Part shown: one piece after another, positions 18,517-26,969 of the stretch
Layout: each line of letters opens with the position of its first letter
Numbering within the stretch: the stretch's first letter is position 1
Sequence record: SRR9188676_970
DNA: 42,607 nt
Strand: one strand, 5' to 3'
The notes under the pieces: model-generated
Databases searched by the model: none
What the model was told of the DNA's origin: nothing
What the model saw: the letters and a program-made list of their open reading frames with translations, nothing else
Translations under genes and position numbers: made by a program

Positions 18517-19188
18517 ATGCAAAATCAAAGTGAAATAAAACTTCTTGCTGAAGCTCCTTGGCATTTAACAGGGAATGCTTACGCTATGATTTATAAGTTT
18601 CCGAAAGAGTTTGTTATTGGAAATGGATTTATGGAAGATTTTCAAAAAAGTAGATTTCTAGGATATTTTGGAACAGTAATGTTAGTCGATTACCAATCTT
18701 CAAATGTTGGTAAATATCAAGAATTACTTTTTATTCCTGGTATGTTTACTTTTGATTGGGCAAAAGTATTTTCAATCAGTAAAATATATGTTTCTTCTGA
18801 TGAAAGTGTTTTAAACGGAAGAAAAAATTGGGGAATTCCAAAAGAAAAAGCTGATTTTGAATGGTCAAATGAAGCAGATGGTAAAACAAGTGTAAAGGTA
18901 AGGTTAGATAATAAAATTATTTTTGAGGCAAAATTTAATAAAAACTTTTTGTCTATTCCATTAAAAAATAACTGGTTCACTTTTAAATTGGCTCAAAAAT
19001 CAGAGAATAATTTAATGATTACTCCTTTTAGTTTTAATGGAAAAATTAAACTTTCAAAAGTTAATAAAGTATTGGTTGATGGAACTCACTTTCCTGATGT
19101 TTCACGGTTATCACCATTATTAACTATTCAAGTAAGTAATTTTAAGATGAACTTTGAGGCTGCAAAGATGAAAGAAAATTATTTTTGA
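18517..19188 (+). CDS. Acetoacetate decarboxylase-family protein
   Basis: APWHLTG, VDYQSSNVGKYQEL, IYVS, GRKNWGIPK (Schiff-base Lys position); ATG 18517 preferred over TTG 18496. Confidence 0.75.
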   Translation: MQNQSEIKLLAEAPWHLTGNAYAMIYKFPKEFVIGNGFMEDFQKSRFLGYFGTVMLVDYQSSNVGKYQELLFIPGMFTFDWAKVFSISKIYVSSDESVLNGRKNWGIPKEKADFEWSNEADGKTSVKVRLDNKIIFEAKFNKNFLSIPLKNNWFTFKLAQKSENNLMITPFSFNGKIKLSKVNKVLVDGTHFPDVSRLSPLLTIQVSNFKMNFEAAKMKENYF

Positions 19189-19229
19189 TAATACTTATTG
19201 GTTTTATCTAATAAATAATCCCTGAAATT

Positions 19230-19260
19230 TTTGTTGATTGTAAAATGAGTTATATATTTG
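19230..19260 (+). promoter_or_regulatory. Consensus Bacteroidota promoter with no downstream CDS
   Basis: TTTG (19230-19233), 19-nt spacer, TATATTTG (19253-19260). Confidence 0.7.
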
Positions 19261-19264
19261 TTAA

Positions 19265-19585
19265 AGAGATTATTAATCAAGTTATGGTTGACAATTAAGA
19301 GCAGTTAATATTCTCTATACTTGTACTTAATAACATTCCGCCAAGTGTTAGGATAAGATAAGAAAAAGCTTATATCATTTTGATAGCTTTATTGATTTCT
19401 TCTTTTATAGAATCCTCTCAACTTGCGGTCTCAATCTAACATTACGAACAATTAATTTTCTGTGATTTACTTATAAAGTATTTCATCTAAAAATACGAGA
19501 AAAAATATTGGGCTATGCCCTAAAGATTACTACTTAGGCGGATTGTGTAAAGACTCGGAGCAATGCATCGAGTCTTTATTTTTTT
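19265..19585 (+). ncRNA. Candidate ~320-nt structured ncRNA (RNA-A)
   Basis: Promoter upstream; 5' stem 19265-19276/19305-19316; hairpin taacatt-CCGCCA-agtgtta (19331-19350); long-range pairing 19333-19346/19532-19546; terminator at the end; only tiny ATG-initiated ORFs seen. Confidence 0.55.
19548..19585 (+). terminator. Intrinsic terminator of RNA-A
   Basis: taaagactcg / cgagtcttta followed by T7. Confidence 0.8.
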
Positions 19586-19820
19586 ATAAATTTCACAACC
19601 ACTAATAGACTTATTGATGAAAATTTGATTAAGAAATCTAAATTAAAAGACACTTAAATCATCATATTTTTTCGCTCAAACAACAAATTCTTAAAATTCA
19701 CATCAAAATTTTAGCTTGGAATGGCTAAATTCTTACTTCGTGTAATTCTTGTAAAAATCATAGCATTTTAAATACAACATCGGTGGATTTGTGTTAATTT
19801 TACTTAATCAAATAACAAAA

Positions 19821-19885
19821 TTATGGCGGTAATTTACTATTTGATTACTACAGTAATATTTTTAGATTCTATTTTATGGCGGTAA
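19821..19885 (+). repeat. 12-bp direct repeat TTATGGCGGTAA, two copies
   Basis: Copies at 19821-19832 and 19874-19885. Confidence 0.85.
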
Positions 19886-19950
19886 AAAAGAGTTCTAAAA
19901 TATTATTTACAGACAAGTAAATTTATTTTATTTGTTGTATGATGATTTTG

Positions 19951-19991
19951 AAAAGACCCTTGAATTGGCGGATTCATAGGTCTTTTTTTTT
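19951..19991 (+). terminator. Intrinsic terminator with a TGGCGG loop
   Basis: aaaagacc-ct-tgaat-TGGCGG-attca-ta-ggtctttt, T run to 19991. Confidence 0.75.
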
Positions 19992-20004
19992 GTTTATACT
20001 CTAT

Positions 20005-20045
20005 AAAAAAAAGGGATGATACTTTCTTTCGTATCATCCCTTTTT
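20005..20045 (-). terminator. Intrinsic terminator of glgB
   Basis: aaaaagggatgatac / gtatcatcccttttt, with U8 on the minus strand. Confidence 0.85.
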
Positions 20046-20048
20046 AGG

Positions 20049-22067
20049 TTATTTAACTTTAAGAATACTTGCTCCGAGTGGAGGTATCGTTAAAGAAATG
20101 GAATAGGCTTTTCCTTGCCAAGCAATTTCTTCAGCCATAATTACTGATTTATTGGTTTTCCCGCTTCCTCCGAAATGGTGTTCATCGGAGTTCAAAACTT
20201 CATTCCAAATTCCTTGCATTGGTACGCCAATTCTATAATTATCTCTAGGAACTGGCGTCATATTCAAGATAATGATAAGCTGTTCTTTATTGACATTTCC
20301 TTTTCTTGCATATACAACAACTGAATTATCTCTATCAGAAGTATCAATCCATTCAAAACCTTCATGTGAGAATTGCTTTTCGTATAAAGCAGGCTCTGTT
20401 TTGTATAAATTATTTAGTGCTTTCATAAGGTTTTGGATACCTATATGCGGGGCATGATCTAATAACCACCAATCTAATCCTTTTTCAAAATTCCATTCAG
20501 ATGTTTGTCCGAACTCTCCACCCATAAAAATCAGATTTGTACCTGGGTGAGTAAACATGTATGAAAAGAGGAGCCTTAAATTCGCAAACCTTTGCCATTC
20601 ATCACCTGGCATTTTTCCTATTAAAGATTTTTTGCCATAAACAATCTCATCATGAGAAAGCGGAAGCATAAAATTTTCGGTGAATGCGTAAACCGTAGAG
20701 AATGTTAATTGGTCTTGATGATGACGACGATACATTGGGTCTCTTTGGAAGTAATTTAATGTATCATTCATCCATCCCATCATCCATTTCTGACCAAAGC
20801 CTAAACCTCCAGCATAAATCGGTCTTGAAACGCCCGTAAATGAAGTAGATTCTTCTGCGATAATTTGAATATCTGGAAACTGAGAGTAAATCGTTTCATT
20901 CAATTCTTTGAAAAGAGAAATGGCTTCAAGGTTGTGATTTCCCCCAAAAATATTAGGTTCCCACTCACCATGTTTTCTTGAATAATCTAAATAAAGCATT
21001 GAAGCAACAGCATCAACTCTTAAACCATCAGCATGGTAGCGTTCTAACCAATAAATTGCATTAGAAATCAAAAAGCTACGCACTTCGTTTCTACCATAAT
21101 TGAAAATATAAGATTTCCAATCTGGATGATAGCCTCTACGCATATCTGGGTGTTCGAATAAATGAGTTCCATCGTATTCGTATAACCCGTGTGCATCGCC
21201 CGGAAAATGAGAAGGAACCCAGTCGAGTAATACTCCAATATCGTTTTTATGGCATTCTTCTACCAAATACATGAAATCCTGAGGTGTTCCAAAGCGAGAC
21301 GAAGGAGCAAAATATCCAAGTACTTGGTAACCCCACGAAGGCTCATAAGGGTGTTCCATAATTGGCATGAATTCGATGTGCGTGAAGCCCATTTCTTTTA
21401 CATAATTCACCAATTGGTCTGCTAATTCTACGAAGGTAAGTTTTTCATTTCCTTCTTTTCTTCTCCAAGAACCCACATGTACTTCATAAACAGACATCGG
21501 TGAAGTCAAAGAGTTTTTTGTATGACGCTTTGCCATCCAGTCTGAATCTGTCCATTCATACCAGTTGTCCCAAACTACAGAAGCGGTGCGTGGAGGTGTT
21601 TCAAAGTGTTGGGCATAAGGGTCCATTTTTTCAATAAAACGGTTATCCTGAGTTTGGATACAGAATTTGTAGGTTTCTCCTTTACCAATGTAAGGAATAA
21701 AGCCTTCCCAAATACCTGAAGCATCCCAACGTACAAATAAATGATGGCTACCTTTATCCCAATAGTTAAAATTCCCGATGACAGATACTGATTTTGCTGA
21801 AGGAGCCCAAACTGCAAAATAGACACCTTGTACGCCCTGACATTCTGTAATGTGTGAGCCAAACTTTTCAAATAATCGGTAATGTTTTCCAGCTTTAAAG
21901 AGATCAATGTCGAAATCAGAAAAACGACTGAATACTTCTACATTTTTAAGAATTACTGGAGCACTTGGAGTCTGAATTACTTCTGGTACTTCTACAACTT
22001 CTTTTTTACTTACTTTTTTCTTAGTTGTTTCGGTTGGTTGAGTAGTTGTTTTGGACGTTTTTGCCAT
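20049..22067 (-). CDS. glgB: 1,4-alpha-glucan branching enzyme (GH13_9)
   Basis: FAVWAP, YEVHVGSW, SWGYQ, DWVPSHF, LRVDAVASM, IAEEST, LSHDE. Confidence 0.96.
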   Translation of the reverse strand: MAKTSKTTTQPTETTKKKVSKKEVVEVPEVIQTPSAPVILKNVEVFSRFSDFDIDLFKAGKHYRLFEKFGSHITECQGVQGVYFAVWAPSAKSVSVIGNFNYWDKGSHHLFVRWDASGIWEGFIPYIGKGETYKFCIQTQDNRFIEKMDPYAQHFETPPRTASVVWDNWYEWTDSDWMAKRHTKNSLTSPMSVYEVHVGSWRRKEGNEKLTFVELADQLVNYVKEMGFTHIEFMPIMEHPYEPSWGYQVLGYFAPSSRFGTPQDFMYLVEECHKNDIGVLLDWVPSHFPGDAHGLYEYDGTHLFEHPDMRRGYHPDWKSYIFNYGRNEVRSFLISNAIYWLERYHADGLRVDAVASMLYLDYSRKHGEWEPNIFGGNHNLEAISLFKELNETIYSQFPDIQIIAEESTSFTGVSRPIYAGGLGFGQKWMMGWMNDTLNYFQRDPMYRRHHQDQLTFSTVYAFTENFMLPLSHDEIVYGKKSLIGKMPGDEWQRFANLRLLFSYMFTHPGTNLIFMGGEFGQTSEWNFEKGLDWWLLDHAPHIGIQNLMKALNNLYKTEPALYEKQFSHEGFEWIDTSDRDNSVVVYARKGNVNKEQLIIILNMTPVPRDNYRIGVPMQGIWNEVLNSDEHHFGGSGKTNKSVIMAEEIAWQGKAYSISLTIPPLGASILKVK

Positions 22068-22363
22068 TTTAATTATGGTTAATGGATTTTTTGCAAAGCG
22101 AATTGATGTCTTTTTGTAAATATAAAATTTCTTTTGAAATAGATTCGGTTAAGCTCATAGAATTTTATTTCATCATTAGTTAGTGAAGCGTAAAATACCG
22201 ATAATAAAATTGAAATGAGTTTGATTGTTCTTTTTTGTTTACAATTTCGTGGAATAGTCTATTTTTTTATCAAATATACAATATTTTGCCTTTTTTAGAG
22301 CTTGAATGGTAATTTTATAAAAATAGAAAAAAAGAAATGAGAAAAGGAACAGGAAGAAAGAAG

Positions 22364-22398
22364 CTTACTCATAGCATTGTAGGAATACTATGAGTAAG
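22364..22398 (-). terminator. Terminator of pyrR-pyrB
   Basis: cttactcatag / ctatgagtaag, followed on the minus strand by a long pyrimidine tract. Confidence 0.65.
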
Positions 22399-22406
22399 AA
22401 AAGAAA

Positions 22407-23333
22407 TTAGTTTTGACCAGCCAATAAATAAAGTACTGCCATTCTTACAGCAACACCATTTTCAACTTGGTCAAGGATAATTGAATGATGAGAATCTGCG
22501 GCATCAGAAGTAAGTTCAACCCCACGGTTTATTGGTCCCGGGTGCATTACGATGATTTCTTTATTTAAATCATCCAACATCTTTTTGTTGATACCAAAAT
22601 ATAAAGAGTATTCTCTAAGCGTAGGGAAATACTTTATTTGTTGTCTTTCTAATTGAATTCTCAGTACATTGGCTACATCGCACCAAGCTAAGGTTTCTTT
22701 TACATTATGTGAAACTTTTACGCCTAATTCATTCACATAACGTGGAATCAAGGTTGATGGTCCACAAAGTGTTACTTCGGCTCCTTGTTTGCGAAGCGCA
22801 AAAATATTTGATAAGGCTACTCTTGAATGTAAAATATCACCAATAATTGCGATTTTCTTTCCAGCTAAATCTGTTCCTAATTTTTCACGCATTGAAAAAG
22901 AATCTAACAATGCTTGTGTTGGATGTTCGTGGGTTCCATCTCCAGCATTGACAATATTGGCAGAAATATGTTTTGAAAGAAAATGAGGAGCGCCAGGACT
23001 AGCATGACGCATCACAATCATATCTACTTTCATTGCCAAAATATTGTTTACAGTATCAAGAAGTGTTTCTCCTTTTTTAACAGAACTTCCAGAAGCGGAA
23101 AAATTGATAGTATCAGCAGATAAGCGTTTTTCTGCTAGTTCAAAAGAAAGCCTAGTACGAGTTGAGTTTTCAAAAAATACGTTAGCAATTGTTACATCAC
23201 GTAGGGAAGGTACTTTTTTGATGGGGCGATTAATTACTTCTTTGAACTCCTTGGCAGTAGCCATAATGAGTTCGATGTCGTCGGGTGTTAAATCCTTAAT
23301 CCCCAAAAGATGTCGAGTACTTAGTTTTTGCAT
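22407..23333 (-). CDS. pyrB: Aspartate carbamoyltransferase catalytic subunit
   Basis: FFENSTRT, KGETL, NAGDGTHEHPTQALLD, RIQLER, HPGPINRG. Confidence 0.97.
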   Translation of the reverse strand: MQKLSTRHLLGIKDLTPDDIELIMATAKEFKEVINRPIKKVPSLRDVTIANVFFENSTRTRLSFELAEKRLSADTINFSASGSSVKKGETLLDTVNNILAMKVDMIVMRHASPGAPHFLSKHISANIVNAGDGTHEHPTQALLDSFSMREKLGTDLAGKKIAIIGDILHSRVALSNIFALRKQGAEVTLCGPSTLIPRYVNELGVKVSHNVKETLAWCDVANVLRIQLERQQIKYFPTLREYSLYFGINKKMLDDLNKEIIVMHPGPINRGVELTSDAADSHHSIILDQVENGVAVRMAVLYLLAGQN

Positions 23334-23334
23334 G

Positions 23335-23871
23335 CTATTTTGTAATTAACCAAATGTTATCGGCTTCATGCCCTTGTTCTTTCCATTCTACTAATACTTT
23401 TTCGGTAGCAAGGGTATTTACTTTTTTACCAACATAATCAGGATTTATGGGTAAATCTCGGTTGTAAATTCTGTCAATCAATACACATAATTCAACCTTA
23501 CTTGGACGCCCAAAAGCTGTCATAGCATCAAGTGCTGCTCTTACCATTCGGCCAGTTGCCAAAACATCATCAACTAAAATTACTTGTTTGTTTTCAATGA
23601 TGAAAGGTACTTTGGTAGCATTGGCTTTCACTAATTCACGGCGACGATAATCATCACGATAGAAAGTAGCGTCTAAATAACCAATAGGAATTTTAACACC
23701 AGTAATTGATTCTAGTTCTTGATGTATTCTTTCAGCAAAGAAAATACCTCTTGGTTGTAAGCCAATAATCACAGAATTTTCGAAATTCTGATGATTCTCA
23801 ATCAATTCTTGACAGAGACGACTAATGGTAATACCTAGTAGAGGACTGGATAGGATGAGTTTGTGTTGCAT
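23335..23871 (-). CDS. pyrR: Bifunctional pyr regulator / uracil phosphoribosyltransferase
   Basis: LDATFYRDD, VILVDDVLATGR, RAALDA, GRP, LIDR..RDLPI.PDYVG; adjacent to pyrB; ATG 23871 preferred. Confidence 0.9.
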   Translation of the reverse strand: MQHKLILSSPLLGITISRLCQELIENHQNFENSVIIGLQPRGIFFAERIHQELESITGVKIPIGYLDATFYRDDYRRRELVKANATKVPFIIENKQVILVDDVLATGRMVRAALDAMTAFGRPSKVELCVLIDRIYNRDLPINPDYVGKKVNTLATEKVLVEWKEQGHEADNIWLITK

Positions 23872-23916
23872 TGAGTTTTTGTGATTAATTGACCTCGATG
23901 CCAGAGAATCGTGGCA

Positions 23917-23924
23917 CAAAGATA
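23917..23924 (-). promoter_or_regulatory. -7 promoter element for pyrR-pyrB
   Basis: TATCTTTG 45 nt upstream of ATG 23871. Confidence 0.65.
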
Positions 23925-24040
23925 GTATCCTTTGCGGATTGCTGAATGATGGAAGTAGAAATTTTTATTTTATGATACTTCTGAACAATCACTAGCCATC
24001 AATTTATTGTAAATTCGAAAAAGATTTTTAAGAATCAAGT

Positions 24041-25381
24041 ATGAAACATATTGTCATTGTAGGAAATGGAATTGCGGGAATTACTGCGGCTAGGCATATC
24101 AGAAAACTAAGCGATTACAAAATCACGGTTATTTCATCAGAATCAACACATTTTTTTTCAAGAACAGCACTCATGTATATTTATATGGGACAAATGAAGT
24201 ACGAACATACCAAACCTTATGAAGATTGGTTTTGGGAGAAAAATCGTATTGAATTAAAGTATGATAAAGTGGAATCAATCAATATTGAAAGAAAAAATCT
24301 TCAGTTAACTAAAGAATTACTTGAGTACGATCAATTGATTTTAGCAACAGGTTCAAATTATAATACTTTGCCCAATATTAATCCTGATATAAAAGGAGTG
24401 CAAGGACTTTATCATTTACAAGATTTAGAGAAGTTAGAAGAGAATACTAAAAACATTAAAAAAGCGGTAGTTGTAGGAGGAGGTTTGATTGGAGTAGAAT
24501 TAGCCGAAATGTTGATTTCTAGAAATATTGAAGTTACTTTTCTAATCCGTGAAAATACTTTCTGGGGAAATGTACTGCCGATTGAAGAGGCTAATATTGT
24601 TACTCAACATCTAGCGAAAATGGGTGTTAAAGTATTAATAAATACTGAATTAAAGGAGGTTTATTGTTCTGTAAATCAGTGTGTTGTTAGTGTTTTGACG
24701 TCAAAAGATGAAAAGATAGATTGTGAATTTGTTGGATTGACAATAGGAGTTAGCCCAAATATTGATTTAGTGAAAAATACTTCAATTGAAAGTAGAAAAG
24801 GTATTTTAGTGAATGAGTATTTAGAAACGAGTGAGCCAGATATTTTTGCCATCGGCGATTGTGTAGAACACAGAAATCCTCCGAATGAAAGAAAGGCGAT
24901 TGAGCAGATTTGGTATTCCGGAAAATTAATGGGTGAAACTGTTGCGAAGAATATTTGTGGAAATACAACGAAGTACGAACCTGACATTTTTTACAATTCT
25001 GCAAAGTTTTTCGAGGTAGAATACCAAGTTTATGGTAAAATAGCACAGATTTTACCTACGAATGAACGAACATTCTACTGGGAGAATCCAGAGAATAATA
25101 ATTGTTTAAGAATTAACTATGATACTGAAAGTGAAAGGATTATTGGAATTCATGCTTTTGGCATTCGTTTGAGACAAGAAACTTGTGAAAAATGGATTCG
25201 AAATAAAAGTACAATCAAATATGTGCTAGAACATTTAGACGAAGCCAATTTTAATCCAGAGTTTTCAAAACCTTTTATTAATGCTATACTTGAAAAGTAT
25301 AATCTGGAGCATCCTGAAAAGCCCATTATGATAAAAAAGAAGAAAAATATCGCAAATCTTATTTCAAGGATTTTTAATTAG
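24041..25381 (+). CDS. NAD(P)/FAD-dependent oxidoreductase (rubredoxin/ferredoxin reductase-like)
   Basis: GNGIAG, LATGS, GGGLIGVE, TSEPDIFAIGDC. Confidence 0.88.
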   Translation: MKHIVIVGNGIAGITAARHIRKLSDYKITVISSESTHFFSRTALMYIYMGQMKYEHTKPYEDWFWEKNRIELKYDKVESINIERKNLQLTKELLEYDQLILATGSNYNTLPNINPDIKGVQGLYHLQDLEKLEENTKNIKKAVVVGGGLIGVELAEMLISRNIEVTFLIRENTFWGNVLPIEEANIVTQHLAKMGVKVLINTELKEVYCSVNQCVVSVLTSKDEKIDCEFVGLTIGVSPNIDLVKNTSIESRKGILVNEYLETSEPDIFAIGDCVEHRNPPNERKAIEQIWYSGKLMGETVAKNICGNTTKYEPDIFYNSAKFFEVEYQVYGKIAQILPTNERTFYWENPENNNCLRINYDTESERIIGIHAFGIRLRQETCEKWIRNKSTIKYVLEHLDEANFNPEFSKPFINAILEKYNLEHPEKPIMIKKKKNIANLISRIFN

Positions 25382-25386
25382 ACGAA

Positions 25387-26460
25387 ATGAATAATAATTA
25401 TATTTTTCAAAACCCAGCAACAAATAGAGGATGGCTTGGAATGCTGATTGGCAGTCTGTTAATTATATTCTACATACTTCTTTACTGGTTTCCTGCATCA
25501 ATTCAAGGGCTTATTTCTTTGACAGACCCGATAAGTATAATGCTTAAAGGCAAAGTTGCTGATCAATGGTTTTTTTATGGTTTCATTTACACGATTGCTA
25601 TTTTAGGAATGGGAATCAGAATGATTCGTAAATATCGCCACAACAATTATCAGAAAATAAGAACGATTTCGGTAATGTTTTTTCAAACCTGCTTCGCTTT
25701 TTTAATTCCAGAATTACTTGCTCGTTTGAATTTACCTTATCAAGACTTTAAAAATATATTCCCTTTAGATTATGCCTTCTTTTTTGATTATAATATAGAA
25801 AAGAAAATAGCTGCGGGTACAATTGGTTACTTTATGTTGGCTTGGGGTATTTTTCTGTTTATTGTTGGCGTTCCAGTAATGACTTACTTTTTCGGAAAAC
25901 GATGGTATTGTTCTTGGGTTTGCGGTTGCGGAGGATTAGCAGAAACTGTAGGAGACCCATTCAGGCAATTATCAGATAAATCTTTAAAAGCATGGAAAAT
26001 TGAACGCTATTCAATTTATGGAATACTAGCTTTTTCTTTAATCATGACTGTAGGAGTACTTTATACTTTTTTTTCCAAAGAAAGTAAACTCTTCGGAATT
26101 ATTGACACCAATTTTATCCGATACATTTATGGCTTTTTGATTGGAAGTATTTTTGCTGGAGTGGTCGGAACAGGCTTTTATCCATTAATGGGCAACCGTG
26201 TTTGGTGTCGATTTGGTTGCCCTTTGGCAGCTTATTTAGGAATTGTTCAGCGATATAAATCAAGATATAGAATCAGCGTAAATGCTGGTCAATGTATTTC
26301 TTGCGGAAATTGCTCTACTTTTTGCGAAATGGGCATTGATGTAAGAGCTTATGCGCAAAAAGGACAAGATATTGTTAGGGCTTCTTGTGTTGGTTGTGGA
26401 ATTTGTTCAGAGGTTTGTCCTCGTGGAGTCCTAAATTTGGAAAATTTCTCAAGAAAATAA
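25387..26460 (+). CDS. Membrane-bound 4Fe-4S polyferredoxin (NapH/MauN-like)
   Basis: Several TM segments; WYCSWVCGCG, WCRFGCP, CISCGNCSTFCE, CVGCGICSEVCP. Confidence 0.88.
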   Translation: MNNNYIFQNPATNRGWLGMLIGSLLIIFYILLYWFPASIQGLISLTDPISIMLKGKVADQWFFYGFIYTIAILGMGIRMIRKYRHNNYQKIRTISVMFFQTCFAFLIPELLARLNLPYQDFKNIFPLDYAFFFDYNIEKKIAAGTIGYFMLAWGIFLFIVGVPVMTYFFGKRWYCSWVCGCGGLAETVGDPFRQLSDKSLKAWKIERYSIYGILAFSLIMTVGVLYTFFSKESKLFGIIDTNFIRYIYGFLIGSIFAGVVGTGFYPLMGNRVWCRFGCPLAAYLGIVQRYKSRYRISVNAGQCISCGNCSTFCEMGIDVRAYAQKGQDIVRASCVGCGICSEVCPRGVLNLENFSRK

Positions 26461-26465
26461 CTTTA

Positions 26466-26912
26466 CTACATTTTACTAATAATTCTTCTGTGATAGTTAA
26501 TTTGTCCGAGATGATAAGTAAGATGTCCATGTAAATGAATCAAGAAATACTCGATACTCATTTCATAACCCAATACATTTTCTGGATAAGTATTTGATAA
26601 TTGTTCGGGGCTTAATTGAGCAAGCGTAATTGTTACAGATTCTAATGTTTCATTGATGGCTTGGAGTACTTCTTGTCGTGGAATATTCTTTGCTGAAAAT
26701 TCAAGTTCACGATTTCTGATATATTCAATGTTCCCTAGATTTTTGCCGATATAAGTTTTCAGATTTCCGACCAGATGTAACGCTAAGTTTCCAGCGGAAT
26801 TATTTATTCCATTTACTGTTTGCCAAATAAGATTTTCGTCAGGATACTGTTCTATTTCTTTGATAAGAACTTTTAAATCTCTTTGGAATAATGTTAATAT
26901 TGCTTCTTTCAT
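26466..26912 (-). CDS. DinB/DUF1572-family protein
   Basis: NSAGNLALHLVGNL, RNRELEF, HLTYHLGQINYHRR. Confidence 0.85.
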   Translation of the reverse strand: MKEAILTLFQRDLKVLIKEIEQYPDENLIWQTVNGINNSAGNLALHLVGNLKTYIGKNLGNIEYIRNRELEFSAKNIPRQEVLQAINETLESVTITLAQLSPEQLSNTYPENVLGYEMSIEYFLIHLHGHLTYHLGQINYHRRIISKM

Positions 26913-26926
26913 GTTAGGATGATTTT

Positions 26927-26964
26927 AAAAGACCTTTTCTTATTTCTGAAGAAAAGGTCTTTTT
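26927..26964 (-). terminator. Terminator-like hairpin after glgE
   Basis: aaaagaccttttctt / aagaaaaggtctttt. Confidence 0.7.
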
Positions 26965-26969
26965 GTTTT

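Larger units (their letters stand above)
19765..19991 (+). ncRNA. Candidate multi-hairpin ncRNA with repeated YGGYGG loops (RNA-B)
   Basis: Four hairpins with loops CGGTGG (19781), TGGCGG (19824), TGGCGG (19877) and TGGCGG (19966); ends in a U-tailed terminator; 5' end uncertain. Confidence 0.55.

Noticed and set aside
19710-19729. Hairpin with a GGA-containing loop as a CsrA site
   Set aside because: Single weak AT-rich stem; the other loops are YGGYGG, not a GGA array
19821-19885. CRISPR-like repeat-spacer unit (TTATGGCGGTAA x2)
   Set aside because: Only two 12-bp copies, too short, no cas genes; better explained as hairpin loops
22321-22363. Purine-rich tract as a special element
   Set aside because: It is the pyrimidine-rich tail of the pyrB terminator read on the opposite strand
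23872-23919. N-terminal extension of pyrR in the ORF track
   Set aside because: The upstream start lies inside the TATCTTTG promoter element; family-like sequence begins at ATG 23871
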